Source: Psammoneis japonica (Eukaryota). From it: DNA of 20,000 bases. Both the position numbers and the translations under genes were made by a program. Shown in pieces: positions 9,684-17,926 of this stretch. Numbering within the stretch: the first letter of the stretch is position 1; each line of letters starts with the position of its first letter. The notes beneath the pieces are model-generated. The model saw nothing but the letters and a program-made list of their open reading frames with translations, was not told the DNA's origin and ran no database searches. The stretch spans positions 45,311 to 65,310 of the forward strand of contig QPGO01000040.1 of assembly GCA_008632985.1 (NCBI GenBank), read 5' to 3'.

Positions 9684-11444
9684 ATGAAACGCAGAACTCT
9701 AGAATGCACGGCGTTGGGAACCTGCCTACTTTTTGCTTTTATCTGTGAAGGTGCAAACGCAAAAGAAGATGTAGGAGTAATCGAAGAACCTGATGGTATC
9801 GATGGTTTCGCTACTAACCACGCAAAAAGCTTTGACTTTGGAACAACCAATAGCATTGCTGACGACACGATGGAAACCACGATGAAAGATATCGCCCTAG
9901 CGAGGGACCTTGTTGATGAATCACTGCCCTCCTGGACAGAGAAATATATGGCTGTTGACATTGGAGAATGGATTCAAATGGGACGGAGTATTACCATTGA
10001 TCCCAAAAAAAGGTTCGAAATGGTGGCAATGTCTAGAGATGGAAATCGTATGGTCATTTCAGAGAGTGGCAGATATGGAAAATTTGGGCGGATCCGTGCA
10101 TATCAGTGGAACTCTTTCAAGTCGGACTGGAAGCTAATGGGTCAAATCATCGAGGGAGTATACCACAGTCCTCTAGTCGCCATGTCAGCCGATGGAAAAT
10201 TTATTGTTACTGCTGAGGGACAAGAAGCAGTGCGTGTCTTCAAGTGGCAACGTCAAATGTGGAAACAGGTCGGAGAAAGCATTCCAATGTGGGTGGGTAC
10301 AAGCTACAATAGAGGATACTTTCAGTCAGTGGCAATATCGGATAATGGGCAAACTATTGCAGCTTCAATGTTGAACTATCGCATTAGAGTCCCTGGACAG
10401 GTCAAAGTATTTGACTGGGGAGGATCAAAGTGGAAAGAGAAGGGACACTTGTCCGGAAGCCTAAACAGCCTAGGGACATATGATTCATTCGGGGACAGTA
10501 TCGCAATGTCAGGAGATGGGAATCAATTGGCAATAGGTATTCCCTTTGCTGTAAAATCTGGAAAACGTGTAGGAAAGGCACAAGTCTTGAAGAGGAGGGA
10601 GGGATCATCTTCTTGGGTTCAAAAAGGACAAGACATTTACGGCAAAGGAAAGGACTACGGCTTTGGTAGGTCCATTGCGATATCTCAAAATGGAAGCCGC
10701 GTAATTATTGGTGAAAAGAGACATCGAGAAAGTGGATACGCACGTGTTGTTGAGTGGAACGAATCCAAAAAGCTTTGGAACATGGTAGGAAGCGATATCG
10801 AAGCGGAGTACAATGACGATTTCGGGGAATCAGTTTCAATATCGAGTGATGGAGGGCGAGTAGTTGCGGGCGCCAGAGACTTTGATGAAATGGTTGGCCC
10901 CTCAGGAGCCGGGTTTGCTCGGATGTTTCACTTTGATGGAACCTCATGGCTACAGCTGGGAAATGGATTGTATGGGAGGAAAAAATATAGTGGATTTGGC
11001 GCAGGCGGGGTGTCAATGGCAGGCAGTGGAAATCGTGTGGCAATCTTTTCGGGAAATGCCATTAGTGTTTACAATTTCGTTCCACTCGCCAATGACGCTC
11101 TTGTTGTAGAAATCAACATCAAGCCATTCAAGAAGAACCATGACATCAAAATCAGCAGAGCTCGTAAAGAAGAAACTGTAGGCGTTGCCGTACTTACAAC
11201 CGACGACTTTGACGCCAAAAAGGTAGACGTACAATCCATTCGATTCGGTCCTGATATGGCACAGCCTGTCAGTTGGCTAAAGAAGGATGTCAATTTCGAC
11301 GGTATCAAGGACATTATTCTCGTGTTCAAACTCCACCATACCGGGTTTAGTCCAGGGCGCCAGCAAGCATGCTTGCATGGAGAGCACACATCTGGAGTGG
11401 AATTCAAGGGTTGTCGAATCGTTCGCGTCACCAAGGCAAAGTAG
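9684..11444 (+). CDS. Secreted FG-GAP/integrin-alpha-like beta-propeller protein with C-terminal DxxxDG-loop beta domain, paralog A
   Basis: ATG 9684 is followed by a signal peptide (ALGTCLLFAFICEGANA). About 7 repeats of FGxS(I/V)A(M/I)SxDGxx(L/V)(A/V)(I/V)G ... WxxxG. The C-terminal domain runs VEINIKP...VAVLTTDDFDA...IRFGP...DVNFDGIKD. Intronless. Confidence 0.85.
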   Translation: MKRRTLECTALGTCLLFAFICEGANAKEDVGVIEEPDGIDGFATNHAKSFDFGTTNSIADDTMETTMKDIALARDLVDESLPSWTEKYMAVDIGEWIQMGRSITIDPKKRFEMVAMSRDGNRMVISESGRYGKFGRIRAYQWNSFKSDWKLMGQIIEGVYHSPLVAMSADGKFIVTAEGQEAVRVFKWQRQMWKQVGESIPMWVGTSYNRGYFQSVAISDNGQTIAASMLNYRIRVPGQVKVFDWGGSKWKEKGHLSGSLNSLGTYDSFGDSIAMSGDGNQLAIGIPFAVKSGKRVGKAQVLKRREGSSSWVQKGQDIYGKGKDYGFGRSIAISQNGSRVIIGEKRHRESGYARVVEWNESKKLWNMVGSDIEAEYNDDFGESVSISSDGGRVVAGARDFDEMVGPSGAGFARMFHFDGTSWLQLGNGLYGRKKYSGFGAGGVSMAGSGNRVAIFSGNAISVYNFVPLANDALVVEINIKPFKKNHDIKISRARKEETVGVAVLTTDDFDAKKVDVQSIRFGPDMAQPVSWLKKDVNFDGIKDIILVFKLHHTGFSPGRQQACLHGEHTSGVEFKGCRIVRVTKAK

Positions 11445-11748
11445 TGAGATATTTCGGATACACAAATACCAGGAAACCTTTTAATATATAGACAGTACTT
11501 ACCATTTTTAGGTTGTCGCTGACGAATGCGATGTTGTGCTTCTATATCTTTGAATGTGCCGTGAGCAAGAGTCGAGTTCTTGACTCATTGTTAGAACTCG
11601 TCTCGTTGTGATGTGGAGAGAATAAGTTTACCGCTTTGCGTAACACGTAAACCACACAGAAAGGTGGAACGTAAACGTTTAGAAGCTCTTCACACACCAC
11701 AAGATAAAAATAGCGCCGGATTTCATACGGGAGGTCCACGCAAGCATT

Positions 11749-11895
11749 TTAGTCTTTTGGATGCAACCCAGCATCGCCCAAGTATGGGGATCCAAATGCA
11801 CCCACACGTGCCATGTGTGGATTCTCTTGCATTGCATTTACTTCATTCTCCAACTTGGCAAGCTCCTTGTTGTCGGGGAAAATTTCTTGGGCTCG
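11749..11895 (-). pseudogene. Truncated duplicate of the last ~48 codons of the TM+TPR-like gene
   Basis: Near-identical to 17780-17926 including the stop codon. It is cut off at 11895, where transposon sequence begins. Confidence 0.85.
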
Positions 11896-12870
11896 AAAGC
11901 AACGATGGTGAAGGGTCCGCTTTAAAGAAGTTCAGGGCAGTGACATCATCAGCCGGTGCATCGTCGCGGAGGAAACGCCAAGACGAAGCAACAGTCACTC
12001 CTTTTAACATCAAACCACAAAAAGTCAAAGCCCGAACTGGTTTTAAAGACATTGTTCAGCTGCTGTGTCATGTTCTCACGGTTTGCGATGGAGACGTGGG
12101 AAGCATGACACAACAAACTGGTCCTTTGACGTGGTTTGAGGAATGGTTCCTGTTCTGTGAGTTCATCTGGGGAAGGACTGCGGCAACAATGGAAGCAGCA
12201 GGTGCCATTTTTGAACTCAGCAAGATGTCAAAAATGATTGATGGAAAGCTTGCATCTGTTCTCAAGAACGGCAGAACTGGCCGACTTGTGCTGCACATGA
12301 GGAAGACTTGAAAATGCATGGTGAGAAATGGAATGACAAGCATGGCAAAGATGAGCAACCAGTGCTTTGGGACGACACTGGCAATGATCTGCACACGCCA
12401 TCGGATTCACTCCTGCAGCGAGTGACTTGTTCTGCATGCTGTGGAGGCAACATTGCGAAGGGAGGTGTTTTTGCACAACTTTGTGGTTGGTTGGGGACCA
12501 AGGAGCTACATCCAGGTGCCATGTCTGATTCTGAATGCTTTCAAATGGCTGGTGTTCTTGAAAAACAGAAAAAGTTTCAAGAAGAGGATGGCAGAATCAA
12601 ATTCCTTGATGTGGTGTGGCGACAAGACCAATTTGTGTCACAACCTGAGTTTGCACAGAGTGATCAGAAATTCTCTGCTCGGGAAGTGTTGCACTCTGCA
12701 AGCATTGCAGCTGATTGCTCTGGAAATGAACGAGCAGTCCGTGTTTCTAAATTGTCAGCATGTGTCAAGCGCAGAATGCAAACACACAAGAATCTTGACC
12801 ATTTGTGCAAGGCATGGCTTGCCTGGAGTTGGCAAGCAAATTTTGTGTTTAAACTGGTTCATCAAAAAGT
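11896..12870 (+). pseudogene. DDE_Tnp_4 (ISL2EU/HARBI1-like) transposase pseudogene
   Basis: The motif order matches the family: RTGF; FEEWF (HTH region); WP...ED; VLWDDT (first Asp, 12371); P-S-D-x-x-LQRxT(C)SA(CC)GGNxxKG; PGAMSD; QPxF...F-x-x-x-EVL-x-S-x-x-IA-x-x-(C)-x-x-NERAV (Glu, 12728). Frameshift near 12267. The D(K/R)G second-Asp segment appears deleted near 12610. Confidence 0.8.
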
Positions 12871-13179
12871 TGGTTTATTCAGTTTGTTTCTTGGCAAATC
12901 ACAAAGCGTGTCCGAAATCAAAATGACAATTCTCTGCATGAAGCACCTCATGAGGATGAGGAGTCAATGGCTCCTGCTCTGCTGCAGGGCCTGTTGACAC
13001 AGTGCACCACAGTGCTTGTGATGGAGGCACAGGAAAAAGATTTCATTTGCAGTGCACTTGATGTGTGCCCCAAAATGTTGCAAGCACAGGTGTCCATTCC
13101 AGTCAGAGGGCAGGGACTCAAGTTCAGCAGTGACTCCCACAGAGGGATGTCATGCAACAGATCAGGCTCCAGTTGTCAG

Positions 13180-14055
13180 CAAGAAATTGACAAGTTCAAT
13201 GTTGAAGAAGGTGGTCAATGAAAGTGTTTGGCCACATTGCAAGTTCACAATCTTCGACAGAGAACTGGCGGTGAGAAGAGAGCACATGAAAAGAAGACTT
13301 CTGCAGGAGTCAAGAAGTGCAGCAGCTGCACCGGAGGCACTCTGGGAAGCATGCAAAGAGGTGTTCAGGAAAAAACTCAACCACAAAAGGAGCAATGTGC
13401 AGGATGATGGAAGGAGGAGGATGACAGGCAAGCCAAAATGTGGACGCATTCAAAAGTCATGGACAGGAATGTCTGACAACAAGAGTGTGATTTCCATTGT
13501 TTTCATCAATGCAGCTGCTGCTTTAGAGGGGTCACTGGTTGAGTGCAAAGATTTGGTCCAGGACAGAGTGGACAAAAGCACACACACATGGTTCTTGGAA
13601 ACTGCAGCGCCAACTGTGTCAGGCCAAGTGCAGTTTGGCAGAAGCATGACCAACTTGCTCCAAGAGTGGCTTGCCATTTCTTTGGAGGCCTTTGCTCTGC
13701 TGGTGTGCTTGAGCTGCCATGACAAGGTGGTCAACACATCAGAGAAATTGGGAAAGGACAACAACATTGCAAGGCAAAGAAAGCTGTGGTGGTGGAAGAC
13801 ACTGCACCAGCAAAGTGTGCTGCAATGGCAAAGGGAGAAATGGCTGAAAGGAGCCAAGGATGGAGCAAGGATGAGATCAAGAAGTGCAATGAACTGCACA
13901 AGTGGGTGATGAAAAACCAGGAGGAGAACAAAGGATTCAGTGCATGGCTCAAGGAACAGAGACAAGAGAAGGCAAACTTGCCCAAGGAGGCAGAGAAGAG
14001 CTGCAAAAGGGAGGAGAAGAGGAAGGAGAGAGAGAGGACAGATGGGCAGCATTGA
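13180..14055 (+). pseudogene. Transposon accessory ORF relic (SxEAFALL and GWSxxxIxxxNxL motifs) with one degenerate intron
   Basis: ORF 13052..13909 (VWPHCKF ... FRKKLNHKRSN ... ISLEAFALLV) shifts into ORF 13786..14055 (GWSKDEIKKCNELHKWV). These motifs resemble TE-associated hypothetical proteins of diatoms, from recollection only; the family is not assigned. Candidate intron at 13428-13514. Confidence 0.5.
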
Positions 14056-15287
14056 TGGGAGAGGACCTGCCATTGCTGGCAGCCACTGGCTGCAATGGAG
14101 TGGAAGCAATTGCAGAAGTGGCAACCAACCAAACTGGTGTGTGAGCTCAATTTGTGGCAAGCAACAAAATCCAGAAAACAGAAAAAACAAAAAGGCAAGC
14201 TGTGGCACAATTGACAGTCGAGAAATGTGGCCATTGCAAAGCTGTTGCACATTTAAAGCAGCAGCGCAAATGCATGAAATGCCAAAGGATGATGCAGGCA
14301 AGGATGGTGGATCTCAAGTGGCAAAACAGGTGATGAAGAAACAATGAGCAGCAAATGTCAACAAGGGTTGAGAGCAAAATTGTGGGCAAACATGTTCGCA
14401 CTGCAAAGTGGAGTGAAATTCAGGTTTTAGAAGCTCACGAACTCAATCAGTCACATGTTTTTTTTTGTGCACTCGCCTTCTGATTTTTGAAACAATCAAA
14501 TTTGAAGGAATTCAATGTGCCAAACTGTGCAGAAAACCAGTCTCACACATGATGGATTGCTCATCACTGGGGCTGGAACATGCGGGAGACGGGTTTCAGC
14601 CCCAGGTGGGACTCCGTGTGACATTTGCCCCGCAGAATTCTGTGTGCAAGCTCTGCAGTTCATGCTCTGGCCAATGGACACATTTGTCTTCGACATGAAA
14701 TGAACGACCAAGTTTGTGGCACACATGTCCCTGTTCCTGCTTGAAGTTTTGGACAGCCCGCCTGCCCCGCGCCATGCTCAAGACATTTGAGAATGGTGCA
14801 GAAGAAAAAAATGTCAAAAGTTGTTGAATGGATCGCCCAATGATTGTGCCGCAAAACAGCGCAAAATGTCACCAAAATCACATGGAAATGTGCGTGCGCA
14901 ACATGCGATGCGATTCAAAAAACTGTCGATGTCACAGTTCAGCAGCACGAGGTCCCACCTGGACCTGGAACATGTCAGGAGGGTTGTGGCCACAGTGCAT
15001 GAAGAGCACTCTGCTGACTTGCTCGCAGCGGGCCACACATTGTGGTTGGTTGTGGCAGTGTCAAGAGATGTGACAACCGTGCTGCAAGGACAAAACAAGT
15101 GCTGCCTGGAGCCCTTGCCCTTGTCTGGAGAGATGATGGCCGATGTTGTGTTTTGACATCATTGTGTGTGGATGACAATGAAGCTTGAGATGGCTTGGAA
15201 ACAGATCAGGAGACAAGGTTTTTTTTATGATGGTGACAACAATGCCCAGCGCGATGATGACACCAAAGACACCGATCTGAAATCACG

Positions 15288-15346
15288 AGCTTTTTTTTTA
15301 GCAGAATGTGAGCTAAAAAAGTGGGGGATGACCCCCCCCCCCTTAA
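15288..15346. repeat. Putative transposon terminus: two short inverted repeats and a C-run abutting TTAA
   Basis: ttttttagc (15294-15302) and gctaaaaaa (15312-15320) form an inverted pair. Then ggggg-atga-ccccc, C11 ending at 15342, and TTAA at 15343-15346. This coincides with the compositional boundary. Confidence 0.55.
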
Positions 15347-15364
15347 GCGTCTGATGCGATGTTG

Positions 15365-17926
15365 GCGTTAAATAATGCAGCATCTTAGTGAACAATTAAG
15401 AGGAAACTTTCTTTGGTGTTAAGTAGACAGATCCTTGCTTTCTCCCATAAATGTTGAGAAATAATTATTAGACCATGTCGTCAACGCGAACCCCGAGAAT
15501 TCTGACATGCGAATCATCTCCCACAAAACCAAAAAAAAGGAAAAACATCGCGTCAACAGAGCAGCACTACACAACCTCGTCAACTGGAAATCACAGCGCC
15601 ATAAAATATTCGTCTCTATACAAATCGAAACTCTCGAAAAGACGGCAAATCTGGTAAGAAGCAGGACGTGAGCGGTTGTCTCTTTCTGTGGCTTGCCGCT
15701 TCTAACGACTTGGTTGGACCTTTTCGTCAATGTGGCTACAGCACCAGATAATAATGACACGCAGTACTCTAGAGTACACGGCGTTAGGAGCCTTGATACT
15801 TTTTGCTTTTATCGGTGTAGGTGTAAACGCAAAAGAAAATGTAGGAGTGGCTGAAGATCCTGTCGTGAGAAATAGTTTCGACAGTTTCGCTACTAGCCAC
15901 GCAAAAAGGTTTGACATTGGAACGACCACCAGAATTTCTGACGACACAGTGGACTCCACGAGAAGAAATCTCGGGGACTCTGTTGATGAATCACTGCCTT
16001 CCTCGACAGAGAAATCTACTGCTGTCGACATTGGAGAATGGATTCAAATGGGACGGAGTATTACTACCACACATCCCAAAAAATGGTTCGGAATGATGGC
16101 AATGTCTAGAGATGGCAATCGTATGGCCATTTCAGAGAGTGTCAAAAATGCAAAAATTGGGCGAATCCGTGCATATCAGTGGAACTCTTTCAAGTCGGAC
16201 TGGAAGCTAATGGGTCAAATCATAGAGGGAGAATATAAAAGCCGTCGACCCATGCCTCTACCGGCAGTGGCAATGTCAGCTAATGGAAAATATCTTGTTA
16301 CTGCCGAGGGACTAGAAGTAGTGCGTGTCTTCAAGTGGCAAAGTCAAATGTGGAAACAGGTCGGAGAAAGCATTCCAAGTTGGGTGAGCAACCATAGAGA
16401 TTTCTTCCGGTCAGTAGCAATATCAGATGATGGACAAACTATTGTGGCTTTAATTTCTTTCGACGCCGCTAGAAACCCTGGACAAGTCAAATTGTTTGAC
16501 TGGAGTGGATCCGAATGGAAAGAAAGGGGATCCTTGTTGGAGAGTTTAGACAGCCGCGAGGACATTGGTTTCAGCATCGCAATGTCAGGAGATGGGAATC
16601 AATTGGCAATAGGTATTCCCTTAGCTGTAAAATCTGGAAGAAATGTAGGCAAGGCACAAGTCTTCAAGAGGAGGAAGGGATCATCTTCTTGGGTTCAGAA
16701 AGGACAAGACATTTATGGCAAAGGGAAGGACTACGGCTTTGGTTTATCAATAGCGATATCTCAAAATGGAAGCCGCGTAGTTATTGGTGATCTGAGTGGG
16801 TACGCACGTGTTGTCGAGTGGAACGAGTCCACGAATCATTGGAACATGGTAGGAAATGGTATCGAAGCGGAGTACAAAGATGAATTCGGAGGATCTGTTT
16901 CTATATCGAGTGATGGAGGGCGAGTGGTTGCGGGCGCCAGTGACTTTTATGGAGTGGTTGGCCCCTCAGGAGCCGGGTTTGCTCGGATGTTTCACTTTGA
17001 TGGAACCTCCTGGCTACAGCTGGGAAATGGATTGTACGGGAGGGAAAAATATAGTGGATTTGGCGCAGGCGGGGTGTCAATGGCAGGGAGTGGAAACCGC
17101 GTGGCGATCTTTTCGGGAAATGCCATTAGTGTTTACAATTTTGTTCCACTCGCCAATGACGCTCTTGCTGTAGAAATCAACATCAAGCCATTTAAGAAGA
17201 ACCATGACATCAAAATCAGCAGAGCTCGAAAAGAAGAAACAGTAGGCATTGCCGTACTCACAACCGACAACTTTGACGCCAAAAAAGTAGACGTACAATC
17301 CATTCGATTCGGCCCTGATATGGCACAGCCTGTCAGTTGGCTAAAGAAGGATGTCAATTTCGACGGTATCAAGGACATTATTCTTGTATTCAAACTCCAT
17401 CATACCGGGTTTAGTCCAGGGCGCCAGCAAGCATGCTTGCATGGAGAGCACACATCTGGAGTGCAATTCAGAGGTTGTCGAATCGTTCGCGTCACCAAGG
17501 CAAAGTAGTGAGACATTTCGGAAACGAGAATACCAGGAAAACTTTTAATATTATATACAGTACTTACCATTTAGACATGCACCGAGCAGCAAAGAAAGTT
17601 GTCGCTGACGAATGCGATGTTGTGAAAGAGGCGAGTTCTTGACTCTTCGACAGAACTCGTCTCGGTGTGATATGGAGAGAATATACCGCTTTTCGTAAAA
17701 CGTTTCAGAAGCTCTTCAAAACTCCTCGAGGTTAAACTTGGGTCGTAGGATTTGATACGTGAGGTCCAAGCAAGCATTTTTAGTCTTTTGGATGCAACCC
17801 GGCATCGCCCAAGTATGGGGATCCAAATGCACCCACACGTGCCATGTGAGGATTCTCTTGCATTGCATTCACTTCATTCTCCAACTTGGCAAGCTCCTTG
17901 TTATCGGGGAAAATTTCTTGGGCTCG
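15365..17926 (+). repeat. Tandem segmental duplication, copy 2 (continuous with the intact downstream gene)
   Basis: Homologous to 9360-11895 and continues without a break into the full TPR-like gene. Confidence 0.9.
15754..17508 (+). CDS. Secreted FG-GAP-like beta-propeller protein, paralog B
   Basis: Same architecture as 9684..11444. ATG 15754 is positionally homologous to ATG 9684, and an in-frame upstream ATG at 15730 is possible. Signal peptide ALGALILFAFIGVGVNA. Confidence 0.85.
   Translation: MTRSTLEYTALGALILFAFIGVGVNAKENVGVAEDPVVRNSFDSFATSHAKRFDIGTTTRISDDTVDSTRRNLGDSVDESLPSSTEKSTAVDIGEWIQMGRSITTTHPKKWFGMMAMSRDGNRMAISESVKNAKIGRIRAYQWNSFKSDWKLMGQIIEGEYKSRRPMPLPAVAMSANGKYLVTAEGLEVVRVFKWQSQMWKQVGESIPSWVSNHRDFFRSVAISDDGQTIVALISFDAARNPGQVKLFDWSGSEWKERGSLLESLDSREDIGFSIAMSGDGNQLAIGIPLAVKSGRNVGKAQVFKRRKGSSSWVQKGQDIYGKGKDYGFGLSIAISQNGSRVVIGDLSGYARVVEWNESTNHWNMVGNGIEAEYKDEFGGSVSISSDGGRVVAGASDFYGVVGPSGAGFARMFHFDGTSWLQLGNGLYGREKYSGFGAGGVSMAGSGNRVAIFSGNAISVYNFVPLANDALAVEINIKPFKKNHDIKISRARKEETVGIAVLTTDNFDAKKVDVQSIRFGPDMAQPVSWLKKDVNFDGIKDIILVFKLHHTGFSPGRQQACLHGEHTSGVQFRGCRIVRVTKAK

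Larger units (their letters stand above)
9360..11895 (+). repeat. Tandem segmental duplication, copy 1 (upstream region + beta-propeller gene + 3' end of the TPR-like gene)
   Basis: Aligns by eye to ~15365-17926 (gttaaataat, tgtcgtcaacgcgaacccc ... aaaatttcttgggctcg). Homology stops abruptly at 11895/17926. Confidence 0.9.
11896..15342 (+). mobile_element. 5'-truncated, hypermutated DNA transposon island 2 (ISL2EU/PIF-Harbinger-type transposase plus accessory ORF relics)
   Basis: Transposase relic at ~11896-12870 and a second relic ORF at ~13180-14055. About 13 TpA in 3.45 kb. The right end ...gtgggggatgaccccccccccc|TTAA is followed by normal-composition duplicated host DNA. Confidence 0.85.

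Noticed and set aside
11613..12311. 232-aa ORF as a host-transposase fusion gene
   Set aside because: It is a chance read-through from the antisense of the TPR pseudogene fragment into a frameshifted, mutated transposase, and it has no ATG at the called start.
12940..15180. Numerous overlapping Cys/His/Trp-rich ORFs on both strands (also 4765-6809)
   Set aside because: These are artefacts of the loss of TAA/TAG and gain of TG/CA, not independent genes or metal-binding proteins.
11896..15342. Classical fungal RIP or an alternative genetic code as the explanation for the islands
   Set aside because: RIP raises TpA and AT content, the opposite of what is seen. Frameshifts and a deleted catalytic segment show decay rather than recoding.
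10830..17508. Gene conversion homogenising the 3' thirds of the two propeller paralogs
   Set aside because: The proteins are near-identical there, but about 20 synonymous differences remain, which indicates purifying selection rather than recent conversion.
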